Source: Candidatus Eiseniibacteriota bacterium
Lineage (GTDB): Bacteria > Eisenbacteria > RBG-16-71-46 > CAZEPH01
Reading direction: 5' to 3'
DNA length: 62,896 bases
Assembly: GCA_044229145.1 (NCBI GenBank)
Contig: JBGATO010000017.1
Span: 1-62,896 of the forward strand
Numbering within the stretch: the first letter of the stretch is position 1; each line of letters starts with the position of its first letter. Positions 44,560 through 53,253 of this stretch are shown piece by piece. Position numbers and translations under genes: made by a program. A model generated the notes under the pieces. It had not been told where the DNA came from. It worked only from the letters and a program-made list of their open reading frames with translations, and ran no database searches.

Positions 44560-44589
44560 TTGCGTCCATCGCGGAGAAAATGGTAGACT
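44560..44589 (+). promoter_or_regulatory. Divergent sigma70-type promoter of a candidate ncRNA
   Basis: TTGCGT-18 bp-TAGACT with extended TG; predicted +1 at 44596 coincides with the start of the terminal stem. Confidence 0.55.
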
Positions 44590-44595
44590 TTTGAC

Positions 44596-44723
44596 GGAGA
44601 GGAGTAGCGCTTGAGCGCGCGTGCTGCCTGATTCGACGAACTCTCCTTCGCCTCCATCACACATTGGGGGACAGACCCCTTCGCGGTGGTCATAGAGACG
44701 AATGATGGGCGGCGCTCCTCTCC
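44596..44723 (+). ncRNA. Candidate ~128-nt rod-shaped ncRNA (family unassigned)
   Basis: GGAGAGGAG/CTCCTCTCC end pairing, nested stems with G-U pairs that favour the + strand, upstream promoter. Confidence 0.55.
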
Positions 44724-44769
44724 CTCGTTTTCTCCCCTCCTCACACCCGCACAGGGACGCCGGCTGCAA

Positions 44770-45420
44770 CTAGCGGCGCGCCAGGGCGACGGTCACCCGC
44801 ACGTGCGGCGGGGTCGCCCGCATCACCTCGCTCACCAACACGCGGCTATCGCGCCGGAACGTCCGATCGTGGCCTTCCAACTCCACCGGCGCGACGTCGA
44901 CCGCCTTGAGCGCCGCAATCAGCCGGCCCGGCCCTGCTACCGTCACGCTATCCGGCTCCACGAGAGGATCGCCCTGCAGCACGAATCCGGCGGGTGGACG
45001 GCCGGACAGCGCGACGCGCACCGGCACCTGTGCCCGCCCCAACGTATCGACGCTGACGAACACGCTGGGCGGATCCACGACGCGGGAGAGTCGCGCCTGG
45101 CTGTGCACGGGGAACACGACGCGGGCACCCGACGTGCTGACCGCATGCGCACCGGCCCCAAGACCGCGCCAATCGATTTCCATCTCGGGCGGCTCGACGC
45201 GCATCCGCAAATGATCCTTCCCAGTGCTCGCCACCTTCACGCGCACGTACGCAGGACGGATCTCCTCCACCGCGAGTCCCGGCGCAAGCCCCGTGATGCG
45301 CACAGGCGCAAGGTACTCCGCTTCATCCTGACGCTCGGTGTAGACGTGCGCGAAGAGAAGGATCGCCACCAGCAGCGAGGCGAGCTTGACGCGCCAGTTG
45401 GCGGTGAGCGAGCGCAGCAT
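44770..45420 (-). CDS. YbbR/CdaR-like domain protein
   Basis: NWRVKLASLLVAILLFAHV N-terminal TM; VEPDSVTVAGP YbbR motif. Confidence 0.75.
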   Translation of the reverse strand: MLRSLTANWRVKLASLLVAILLFAHVYTERQDEAEYLAPVRITGLAPGLAVEEIRPAYVRVKVASTGKDHLRMRVEPPEMEIDWRGLGAGAHAVSTSGARVVFPVHSQARLSRVVDPPSVFVSVDTLGRAQVPVRVALSGRPPAGFVLQGDPLVEPDSVTVAGPGRLIAALKAVDVAPVELEGHDRTFRRDSRVLVSEVMRATPPHVRVTVALARR

Positions 45421-46637
45421 CAGTCGCCGTGGAACCGTGAAAAGTACGCCTGGATCGCGTCGGCCAGGCGATCGGCCAGGCTGGCTTGGAAATTCGGATC
45501 GCCGAGCAAGGCTTCCTCCCGCGGATTCGAAATGAACGCCGTTTCGACCAAGATCGACGGGACATCGACGGTCTTCAAGACGACGAAACCCGCCTGCTTC
45601 ACCCCGCGCGTGGTGACGTCGGACGATGTCGCGAGTTGATCGAGCGCCGTCTCGGCGAGCACGCTACTGCGCTCCACGCTCGCGGTTTGCGCCAGGTCGA
45701 GGAGGATGGCGCCGACCTCGTCGCCCTGCGACGCCGCCAGCCCGCCGATCAGGTCGGCCTCGTTCTCGCGTTGTGCCGTGGCGCGCGCCAACTCGTCCGT
45801 CGCGCCGTGCGGCGAGAGGAAATAGACCTCGGTTCCCGTCGCCTGCCGGTTGAGCGACGCGTTGCAGTGCACGCTGACGAACAGGTCGGCCTTGGCGCGC
45901 CGCGCAATGCGCGTCCGCTCGCGCAGCGGGACGAAGTAGTCGCCCTTTCGCGTGAGCACGGCGCGGAATCCCGGCAGCGCGTTCAAGCGGGTCGCGAGCG
46001 ACTCGGCCACCGCCAGCGTCACGCTCTTCTCGGGCGTCCCGTTCTTCCCGATGGCGCCGTAGTCTTCCCCGCCGTGGCCCGCATCGAGGGCGATGATGTG
46101 GGTGCGCTGCTCCTTGAGCGCGGTGATGACGCTGTCCTCCCGCGCCTCTTGCGCCGCCGAGATCGGTCGCAGCACGTCGAGCACGAACCGCGCGGGGCGT
46201 CCGGATTCGGAGTCGAGCGTGAGCACATTGAGCGCCAGCGGGCGCTCGAGTGTGATCCGGAGCTGCACGCCATCGTCGTTGGCCTCGACATGCACGGTGC
46301 GCACGGCGCCGTCTTGTACGGTGAGATCCCCAACGTTTGCCCCGCGCTGCATGCCCGGGAAGCGCAGCACGAGGGTGGTGCGCGAGGTGAGCGAATCGCA
46401 CTCCACGTCGTCCGGGCGGCCGCCCGCGAGGTCGGCCACCAGCCGCGTGTGATCGGGTGCCGTGAAACACCGCACGTTCGCGAGTTGCGGCGCGCTGTGC
46501 CGCGGCGCCACCACGGCGCGCGATCCACGCGACCGCCGCTTGGCGGCGGCGGCGTCGCCCGGCAGCAGAACGCCCGCGCCCACCACACAGGCAAGCGCGA
46601 GCGTCAGCATCAGGTGTCGAGCCACTCGAAGTTCCAT
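45420..46637 (-). CDS. N-acetylmuramoyl-L-alanine amidase (AmiC-type, AMIN + Amidase_3)
   Basis: LDAGHGGEDYGA, EKSVTL, FVSVHCNA, VLKTVDVPSILVETAFISN. Confidence 0.92.
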   Translation of the reverse strand: MELRVARHLMLTLALACVVGAGVLLPGDAAAAKRRSRGSRAVVAPRHSAPQLANVRCFTAPDHTRLVADLAGGRPDDVECDSLTSRTTLVLRFPGMQRGANVGDLTVQDGAVRTVHVEANDDGVQLRITLERPLALNVLTLDSESGRPARFVLDVLRPISAAQEAREDSVITALKEQRTHIIALDAGHGGEDYGAIGKNGTPEKSVTLAVAESLATRLNALPGFRAVLTRKGDYFVPLRERTRIARRAKADLFVSVHCNASLNRQATGTEVYFLSPHGATDELARATAQRENEADLIGGLAASQGDEVGAILLDLAQTASVERSSVLAETALDQLATSSDVTTRGVKQAGFVVLKTVDVPSILVETAFISNPREEALLGDPNFQASLADRLADAIQAYFSRFHGD

Positions 46638-46728
46638 GTTCTGCGAGGCCCTCCGTGCCCTCGGCAGAAGGCCGCGGCGACGACGTCCGCCGCGCTGGCG
46701 CGGGCGCCCGCACGCGGCATCTCGTCGG

Positions 46729-48273
46729 CTAATCCTGCGGCACCTGGACGCCCAAGAACGTCGTCGTGGTCCCGCGCTTGATGAACAACACGATGGCCTT
46801 CTTCGACGCCTTGCCCGCCTTCACTGCCTGGCGGAACTCTGCCACCGACGAGACAGGCGTCGCATCGACCTTCTTGATGATGTCACCGGGGCGGAGTCCC
46901 GCTTCCGCCGCGGCTCCGTCCTGATCGACGTCTTGAACGTAGACCCCGCGCGACTCGCTGAGGTTCTTCGCCTGCACCAGCGCCGGCGTCAACGTGCTGA
47001 CGCTGACGCCCATCCAGCTCACGGTGACGGTGGACGCCGAAGCGTCCGCGCTGTCCTCGCCATCCCCTTCGTCGCCACCGTTGGTTCGGGCGGCCACCTG
47101 CTCGTCGGGGAACTGCGTCAACGTCGCCGTCAGCGTCATCGGCTTCGCGTCGCGCAGGACGTCGAGCACCACGCGATCTCCCGGCTTGGAATCGGCGACC
47201 TGGAAGCGGAAGTTCGACACGTCGCGCACGCTGCGGCCGTTGAATTTGACGATGACGTCGCCTTCGTGCACGCCCGCCTTTTGCGCCGGCGTGTTGCTCT
47301 CGACCTGACCGACGATCACGCCTTTGGTGCTCTCCGGAAGGTTCATCCCGGCGATGAGTTCCGGCGAAAGTTCGTCTGGACGGATGCCGAGGTAACCGCG
47401 AATGACCTTCCCGGTGGCGATCAACTGTTCGCTGCGGTGCTTCGCCAGCTCGATCGGAATCGCGAAGCCGATGCCCTGGCCCGACGGATTGATCGCCGTG
47501 TTGATGCCGATGACTTCGCCGCGGATGTTGCAGAGCGGGCCGCCGGAGTTGCCGAAGTTGATCGCCGCGTCGGTCTGGATGAAGTCCTGGTACTGCGGCG
47601 TGCCGCCTTGGATGTCGAGGTTGGTGCGACCCTTCGCGCTCACGATACCGACGGTCACCGTCCCCTCGAGTCCGCCGGGATTCCCGACGGCGATCGCCCA
47701 GTCTCCCACCTTCACGTCATCCGCGCGGCCTTCCACGACGGTCGGCAAGTCGCTCGCTTCGATCTTCAGCACGCCGACGTCCGAGGTTGGGTCGGTCCCC
47801 ACGACCTTGGCCTTGAATTCGCGGCCATCGTGGAGGCGCACCTTGATCTCGCTCGCATCGGAGATCACGTGGTTGTTGGTCAGGACGTAGCCATCCTTGC
47901 TGATGATGAATCCGGAGCCGGACGACGGCACCGTCATGCCCCTGTGCGGATCGGACTGCTGGCCCTGCGGTCCGCCGAATTGCTTGAAGAAGTCCCCGAA
48001 CGGCGAGAAGTCGAACTGCGACCCGCGCGCCATCCCGCTGACCTTCTTCTTCACGTCGATGAACACCACCGCCGGCACGACTTTGTCGGCGACGCTGACG
48101 AACGGGCTTTGCGGAACCGGCGCGGCGGACTCGGCAGCCGTTTCGCGCGCGTGCAGCGGGTTCTGCAGGTTGAGGCTGGAGCTCAAGACGAGCCCGCATG
48201 CCAGTCCTATCCCGACGAGCAGAACCGACGCCACGACGATGGGCCAACGCCGGTCGTGCATCTTCTGAGTCAT
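46729..48273 (-). CDS. DegP/HtrA (Do) serine protease with two PDZ domains
   Basis: GSGFII, TNNHVI, QTDAAINFGNSGGPL, RGYLGI. Confidence 0.95.
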   Translation of the reverse strand: MTQKMHDRRWPIVVASVLLVGIGLACGLVLSSSLNLQNPLHARETAAESAAPVPQSPFVSVADKVVPAVVFIDVKKKVSGMARGSQFDFSPFGDFFKQFGGPQGQQSDPHRGMTVPSSGSGFIISKDGYVLTNNHVISDASEIKVRLHDGREFKAKVVGTDPTSDVGVLKIEASDLPTVVEGRADDVKVGDWAIAVGNPGGLEGTVTVGIVSAKGRTNLDIQGGTPQYQDFIQTDAAINFGNSGGPLCNIRGEVIGINTAINPSGQGIGFAIPIELAKHRSEQLIATGKVIRGYLGIRPDELSPELIAGMNLPESTKGVIVGQVESNTPAQKAGVHEGDVIVKFNGRSVRDVSNFRFQVADSKPGDRVVLDVLRDAKPMTLTATLTQFPDEQVAARTNGGDEGDGEDSADASASTVTVSWMGVSVSTLTPALVQAKNLSESRGVYVQDVDQDGAAAEAGLRPGDIIKKVDATPVSSVAEFRQAVKAGKASKKAIVLFIKRGTTTTFLGVQVPQD

Positions 48274-48510
48274 ACGGATCTACCTCCTCCACGACGGATT
48301 CGCGCAGTGGGCATCACACCATCTTCGCCGCCCGCGCGCTAGCGGCAACGCGACATTGGATGACGAAACCGGAACTCGCGTTGTTCGCGAAAAAGTTCCG
48401 CTTCGGCGGGGGCAGCGGCAGGGTGGCACGGTTGCGCCTCGCGAGCGGCCCTTGCTAGAGTGGCCGCATGCCGCATTTCGCCCCGTTCCGACCGCCCGCG
48501 CCGGCCTAGC

Positions 48511-49254
48511 GTGCGCCCGATCTTCTTCGTCTCGGACGCGCACCTCCTGCCATGCGATGCGCCCGACAGCCCGAGAGTGCGCGACCTCCACGATTTTTTC
48601 GGCCACGTCTCCCGCGAGGGCGAGGCGCTGTACGTCCTGGGCGACTTGTTCGACTTCTGGTTCGAGTACCGGCACGCGGTGCTGCGCCCGTACCTGCCGA
48701 CACTCCACGCGCTCGAGGCGGTCGTCGCGGCCGGAGTGCCCGTCACATTGATCCCCGGCAACCACGACTGGTGGGCGGGCGACGGTCTCGCGACATTCGG
48801 CATCCAGGTCGTGCACGGGCCGCTGCGCACCACGCTCCACGGGCGCTCTGCGGTGCTCGCGCACGGCGACGGGATCGCGGTTCGCGAGCCGTGGACGCAC
48901 GCGTTTCGCACCGTTGTGCACAGTCGGGCGGCCGTTGCCGCATTTCGCCTGGTATCGCCCGACATCGGCGTGCCGTTCGCGCTCGGAATCTCGCGGGTGT
49001 CACGCCGGTTCAGCGGCACGCGACGTGTCGACGCCGACGCGGTGTACCGCCGGCTCACGCCGGCCTTGGGCCTCGATCGCGTCGATCTCTCGCTCGTCGG
49101 GCACTACCACCAACCCACGCACCTGCGCACACAGGGCCGTGAGTTTGCGATCATCGCGGACTTCCACACACGGCGCATCGTCGCGCGGCTCGACGCGGGG
49201 GTGCTGTCCCTCCATCGCTGGCGCGACGGGCGGAGCGAACCACTCAGCCTCTAG
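48511..49254 (+). CDS. lpxH: UDP-2,3-diacylglucosamine hydrolase (LpxH-like metallophosphoesterase)
   Basis: FVSDAHL, LGDLFDFWFEY, GNHD, AHGDG, GHYH. Confidence 0.8.
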   Translation: MRPIFFVSDAHLLPCDAPDSPRVRDLHDFFGHVSREGEALYVLGDLFDFWFEYRHAVLRPYLPTLHALEAVVAAGVPVTLIPGNHDWWAGDGLATFGIQVVHGPLRTTLHGRSAVLAHGDGIAVREPWTHAFRTVVHSRAAVAAFRLVSPDIGVPFALGISRVSRRFSGTRRVDADAVYRRLTPALGLDRVDLSLVGHYHQPTHLRTQGREFAIIADFHTRRIVARLDAGVLSLHRWRDGRSEPLSL

Positions 49255-50171
49255 AGGCCGAGATTCAGTGTCAGCCGGTGCGTGCTTCCGAGATCCGTCG
49301 AGGACGGCAGGAAGGCGTAGTGGAACGCCATGCGACCCGACTCGACGCCACCGCCGAGTGAGAGGTCCTGCGAATCGTCTCCGCTCTTCCACCCAGCGGC
49401 CAGCACCAGCGCGCGGCGGAGGTGCACTTCGGCCCCGACATGCGCGTGCGTGTCGTCGCCCCGGCGGGATTCGATGTCGGCTGCGAGCAGCAGGCTGCCC
49501 TCCAAGGCCTTGACGGGCGTGCGGTAGCTGGCACCCACGCGGCCCGCGCGCGGGAGCGGAATCTCGATGCCATTCGTCGTGACAGCCGGGCCCAGATTCG
49601 TGACCGCGGCGCCGAGCATGAATCCCCCGCGCGGCGCGACCCACGTGGCACCGACATCCGCCGCCACGCCGCTGAAGCGCGCGTCGTCGATCTCCTCGAC
49701 GATGGCCTTGCCGCCCACCCCAAGCGACACTCCGTGCCCGATCGCGCGTGCAGCCGCGAGTTGCACCGCAAGGTCGTAGTATCCGAAGTGCCCGCCCTCG
49801 GCGCCGTTGGGATCGCGAAGGACGAAATCGCCGCTGCCCGCATAGACACCGGTCACCATCGCGCCGATGGTGGCGAATCGCGTGCGCGTGGCGAGGGCTG
49901 CCGACTCGAGGCGGAAGTCCTGGAACCACTCGACATGGCTGAGGGACACGGCGCTGCCCGTCAACTGCGTCAGCGTCGCGGGGTTCCCCGCGAGGCTCGA
50001 CGCCTGACCGCCGATCGTCGCCTGGACATCGCCCAAGGCGGCAGTGCGCGCAACCGGATCGAGACGAAGGAAGGCAAAACCCGGCGTCGCCGCTTCCCCG
50101 ACTCCCACGAGCGCCGTACTCACAGACACGACAATTGCCGCCGCGCCGCCGATTCGCCACCACCGTGGCAT
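49251..50171 (-). CDS. PorV/PorQ-family outer-membrane beta-barrel
   Basis: FAFLRLDPVARTAALG, GNPATL, SLSHVEW, AADVG, NLGP, DLGSTHRLTL. Confidence 0.85.
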   Translation of the reverse strand: MPRWWRIGGAAAIVVSVSTALVGVGEAATPGFAFLRLDPVARTAALGDVQATIGGQASSLAGNPATLTQLTGSAVSLSHVEWFQDFRLESAALATRTRFATIGAMVTGVYAGSGDFVLRDPNGAEGGHFGYYDLAVQLAAARAIGHGVSLGVGGKAIVEEIDDARFSGVAADVGATWVAPRGGFMLGAAVTNLGPAVTTNGIEIPLPRAGRVGASYRTPVKALEGSLLLAADIESRRGDDTHAHVGAEVHLRRALVLAAGWKSGDDSQDLSLGGGVESGRMAFHYAFLPSSTDLGSTHRLTLNLGL

Positions 50172-50224
50172 GTGTTGCCCTCCTCGATCCGGCCTTCACG
50201 CACGCGCACCGCATGCAGGGTCGT

Positions 50225-50254
50225 AGCATAGGGGCGCGCGGAAACGAGGGTCAA
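50225..50254 (-). promoter_or_regulatory. Sigma70-type promoter of the PorV-like gene
   Basis: TTGACC-18 bp-TATGCT. Confidence 0.5.
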
Positions 50255-50348
50255 TCGCATTCCCCGTTCACGGGCGCTTACATGCGAGCGAGGGCATCCG
50301 CCGTAGCGAATGCCCCCGCCGCGCTTCGGACCTGAGCCGCTGCGTCGT

Positions 50349-51692
50349 CTACTTCTTCCGCGAGTCTGCGTCCTTGCCACGCGGGGGATCACTGCGCGGC
50401 GGATCACTGCGCGGCGGCGACGCTGGCGGGGGCGAAGAAGAACGGCTCGGCTCGGACACGCGCGGCGACGGCGGTTGCCGCTCCGGCGCATCCCATCCCT
50501 TGTTGCTTCCCCCACGAATCAGATTGTTGATCCACGAACGCCGCTCGGGTTGCGCCGGCTTCGCGGCCTCCGGGGATCGCTGCTCGGTCCCCCGGCTGCC
50601 TTCTTCGCGAGGCGCCCGGCGCCACACGTCCGTCTGTCCGCGATCCCGCGGCGCAGTCGGCTGGGTCTGGCCATCCTTCCACGTCGCGCCGCCACGATCG
50701 GCACCGCCACGCCCACTGCCGCTCCGGCTGCCACCCCAAAGATCCGGCGACTTCCGCCGCGCGTCCGAGTCCTTCTCGTATGCTGAGCCGCCCTCACCGC
50801 CGGTTCCGCCCAACGGTCCGTTCACGCGCGCCGGCCCGAAGTACTCGCGGATGCGGTGCCGTTCCTGCGACGACCAGTACCGCGGCAGTTCGCGATAGCG
50901 CGGTGGACACGAGTCCCTGCGGTAATACACGAAGAACGGATCGCAGGTCCGTCCGCGATAGCCCCAGGGGCGATACACCCAGCCGGCCGTGACCCGCACA
51001 TCGAAGGTCGAGCAGGAACGCCCGTACGGATCCCAGCCGTACGGCGTGTGGACGTGACACTCGTTGCATAGGTAGCGCGGGTACGTCACGCGCTGATCGA
51101 CGGCGAAGCTGACGAAGCCGCTCCCGCATTCGGCATCGTCGTCGAGGATCAATTGATTGAGGCGGTCGCACCACACGAACGGATCGCCCGTCACGTGGTA
51201 CATCCAGGTGTCGTCGTCGTCAGCATCGTCGCCCCACCATTCGCCCGACCGGCGGAGGAGGCGGTAGTCCCACGGGAGCCGGGAGTACAGCGGCTCGCGA
51301 CTGGCGACTACCTGGATGTACTCGACACCCCGCGGTCCATCGACCGTGTAGCGGTCGGCCCGGCCGCGCGGGAAGCGGTAGGTCTTCCCGGCGCGCAACG
51401 GCCGCTCTTCGAGGGGATCGGTCGGGTAGAGCAGGTGCGTCCGCCCGCGCGTGTCGATGTCGTAGATCGCGACGTAGGCCGAACGGTCGACACGCACGTA
51501 GAACTGTATGTCGTCCCCGGGCGAGTAGAGGGCGTCGGTCCCGCGATCGGTCCACACTTCGACGCCAACGGAGCGGGTCACGCGGACGTGTGGGTCGACT
51601 CGGACATCGCCCTTGTCGCTGACCGCGTGCGCCATCCCCGGAAGCAGGAGCGCCGCGAGGAGCAGAGCGGAGAGTCGCGATGCGCGTGTCAT
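50349..51692 (-). CDS. Secreted DUF4384-domain protein with CxxCH motif and disordered tail
   Basis: Signal peptide; VEVWTDRG...YSPGD...IYDIDTRG...LLYP...GPRGVEYIQVVAS; CNECH. Confidence 0.8.
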   Translation of the reverse strand: MTRASRLSALLLAALLLPGMAHAVSDKGDVRVDPHVRVTRSVGVEVWTDRGTDALYSPGDDIQFYVRVDRSAYVAIYDIDTRGRTHLLYPTDPLEERPLRAGKTYRFPRGRADRYTVDGPRGVEYIQVVASREPLYSRLPWDYRLLRRSGEWWGDDADDDDTWMYHVTGDPFVWCDRLNQLILDDDAECGSGFVSFAVDQRVTYPRYLCNECHVHTPYGWDPYGRSCSTFDVRVTAGWVYRPWGYRGRTCDPFFVYYRRDSCPPRYRELPRYWSSQERHRIREYFGPARVNGPLGGTGGEGGSAYEKDSDARRKSPDLWGGSRSGSGRGGADRGGATWKDGQTQPTAPRDRGQTDVWRRAPREEGSRGTEQRSPEAAKPAQPERRSWINNLIRGGSNKGWDAPERQPPSPRVSEPSRSSSPPPASPPRSDPPRSDPPRGKDADSRKK

Positions 51693-52504
51693 TGGATGTT
51701 CCTCCCGGTCGCCGGCTTCGCACCGAAGCGGGCGATCAGTTCGGGGTTTCCGTCGTCGAGCTGGTACGCCCAGTCGAAGGTCGCCTGGCCGGTCTGTGGG
51801 CTGCTCGATACCGCGTAGAGGGCAGCGAAGTGGTTGTCGACCGTCCAGATGATGTAGACGTGACCGGGGATGACCTCCGCCGCCCCGCTTGGCGACCATC
51901 CGCCGTCCGGTGCCCAGTCTGCCTTCGAGATCGGTGGCTGGCTCGTCGAGTAGCCGGCGTCTTGAATCTGCGCGTTCATGCCGGCCGGGATCACGAGCGC
52001 GAGAGACGAGCCCGCAGTTTCGAGGTAGACGTCGGCGCAGCTGCAGTCCCACGACGCGCGGCTCGCATGGCGGAAATCGAAGGCGCTCTTCGAGGGACTT
52101 GTGCCGTCGGCGGCGAACAGCGTCACCGTGCCCCCAGGCCGCGGGGTATCGCGGATCGCGTCGGACAGATCGCTTTCGTGGCCGGCGTCATCGTAGGCAC
52201 TGACGCGGTAGTAGTACTTGTCGCCGTTGTTCACGTCGCGGTCCGTGAAGGCATTCAGCCCGACCGACGCGATGCGCACGAATCCGGTCGAGGCGTTCCC
52301 CGACCGGTACACCCGGTACCCTGCGAGGTCGCGCTCGTCGTTCGCATTCCAGTAAATGTCAACTTGGCGGTCACCGGTGACGGAGTACACGCCATCCGGC
52401 GCCGAAGGCGGGATGCCATCGACGTTGTCGATCGAGTCGCACCCGGCCATCGCGAGCGCCATCACGGCGGCCGCCACCCACACTCCCCATCGCACTCGCA
52501 TCAT
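51689..52504 (-). CDS. Fibronectin-III-domain lipoprotein
   Basis: Lipobox MAGC; PPSAPDGVYSVTGD, DLAGYRVYRS, YYYRVSAYDDAGHESDLS. Confidence 0.8.
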   Translation of the reverse strand: MMRVRWGVWVAAAVMALAMAGCDSIDNVDGIPPSAPDGVYSVTGDRQVDIYWNANDERDLAGYRVYRSGNASTGFVRIASVGLNAFTDRDVNNGDKYYYRVSAYDDAGHESDLSDAIRDTPRPGGTVTLFAADGTSPSKSAFDFRHASRASWDCSCADVYLETAGSSLALVIPAGMNAQIQDAGYSTSQPPISKADWAPDGGWSPSGAAEVIPGHVYIIWTVDNHFAALYAVSSSPQTGQATFDWAYQLDDGNPELIARFGAKPATGRNIQ

Positions 52505-52747
52505 GATTTCGTCCTTTCCTCGTCCGCGTATCGCGGAGTCATCCACTGTCTGGGCAATGGGCGAAGGAGCAGTGCGCGTGCCAGCGCGCGCGCCGGAACG
52601 CGGCGACGCGAGACGATTGTAACGAATTGACATTAATACTCTTAGCAGATCATGGGCAACGCGATGCGCGAGAGACCTCGAGTCCATGTGCCAGGGCTGT
52701 CACAGGATGTGTCGCGGCGAGGTGACGCTTGGCGGGCCGAAGGAGGC

Positions 52748-52825
52748 AAAAAAAGAGCGGGCACCGGTGTCTCCTCGGAGCGTCACGTTCCCTGCCGTAG
52801 AAGGTGACGCCACCCGGTGCCCGCT
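52748..52825 (-). terminator. Intrinsic terminator
   Basis: AGCGGGCACCGG...CCGGTGCCCGCT stem with inner GCGTCAC/GTGACGC stem, followed by C and T7. Confidence 0.75.
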
Positions 52826-53022
52826 GGGTCAGGACGGTTCGATTGCCAACACGCATCCTGACACTTACGCCTTTTGAGGTGAGATCCTCGGATTACCCGC
52901 CGTCCGGGCCGGTCGTACGGTCGAGACCATCGTCGGGGCATTTTTTGGCCGGACGCCCCCACCGATCTCTCCCGCACAACCGACCCAGTCGGACGGGTTG
53001 TGGAGATCCCCCTCTCCGGGAC
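52748..53022 (-). ncRNA. Candidate sigma54-dependent ~275-nt structured RNA
   Basis: Bounded by a sigma54 promoter and a terminator; at least four hairpins; no ORF with a credible RBS. Confidence 0.6.
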
Positions 53023-53032
53023 TTAAGCATGG

Positions 53033-53047
53033 GCAACGTGCGTGCCA
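53033..53047 (-). promoter_or_regulatory. Sigma54 (-24/-12) promoter
   Basis: TGGCAC-GCACG-TTGC matches TGGCAC-N5-TTGC. Confidence 0.8.
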
Positions 53048-53079
53048 GTTCGGCCACGCAATTTCAGAATGCAGCCAAG

Positions 53080-53092
53080 TAATTCATTGACA
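53080..53092 (-). promoter_or_regulatory. IHF-like binding site
   Basis: TGTCAA-TGAA-TTA, one mismatch to WATCAANNNNTTR, about 60-70 nt upstream of the predicted sigma54 start. Confidence 0.5.
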
Positions 53093-53253
53093 ACAACATA
53101 CGCGGCTGCAGCCAAGGCAGAGGTTTTGTCGGGACAGCGCGGTCGGCGCCGAAACTATAAACAATCTTGCCACCGTATGGCCGGCCTTCCGCAACACTCT
53201 CAAAGCAAACAAGTTGCGGCTATAAAACAAATTGATAGGCGGTCGAAAAGAGA

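Noticed and set aside
44596..44723. SRP RNA or tRNA identity for the rod-shaped RNA
   Set aside because: It lacks the SRP domain IV GGAA-loop motif and has no cloverleaf, T-loop or CCA end.
48424..48440. TGGCACGGTTGC as a sigma54 promoter upstream of lpxH
   Set aside because: The GG-to-GC spacing is not the required 10 nt.
52783..52977. Small ORFs inside the sigma54 transcript (64 aa; also a 21-aa ORF at 52865-52930)
   Set aside because: No well-placed RBS or recognisable features, and the longer one runs into the terminator stem; not fully excluded.
52748..53022. CsrB/RsmZ-type sponge identity for the sigma54 RNA
   Set aside because: About eight GGA triplets is not clearly above chance at this GC content, and several lie in stems rather than loops.
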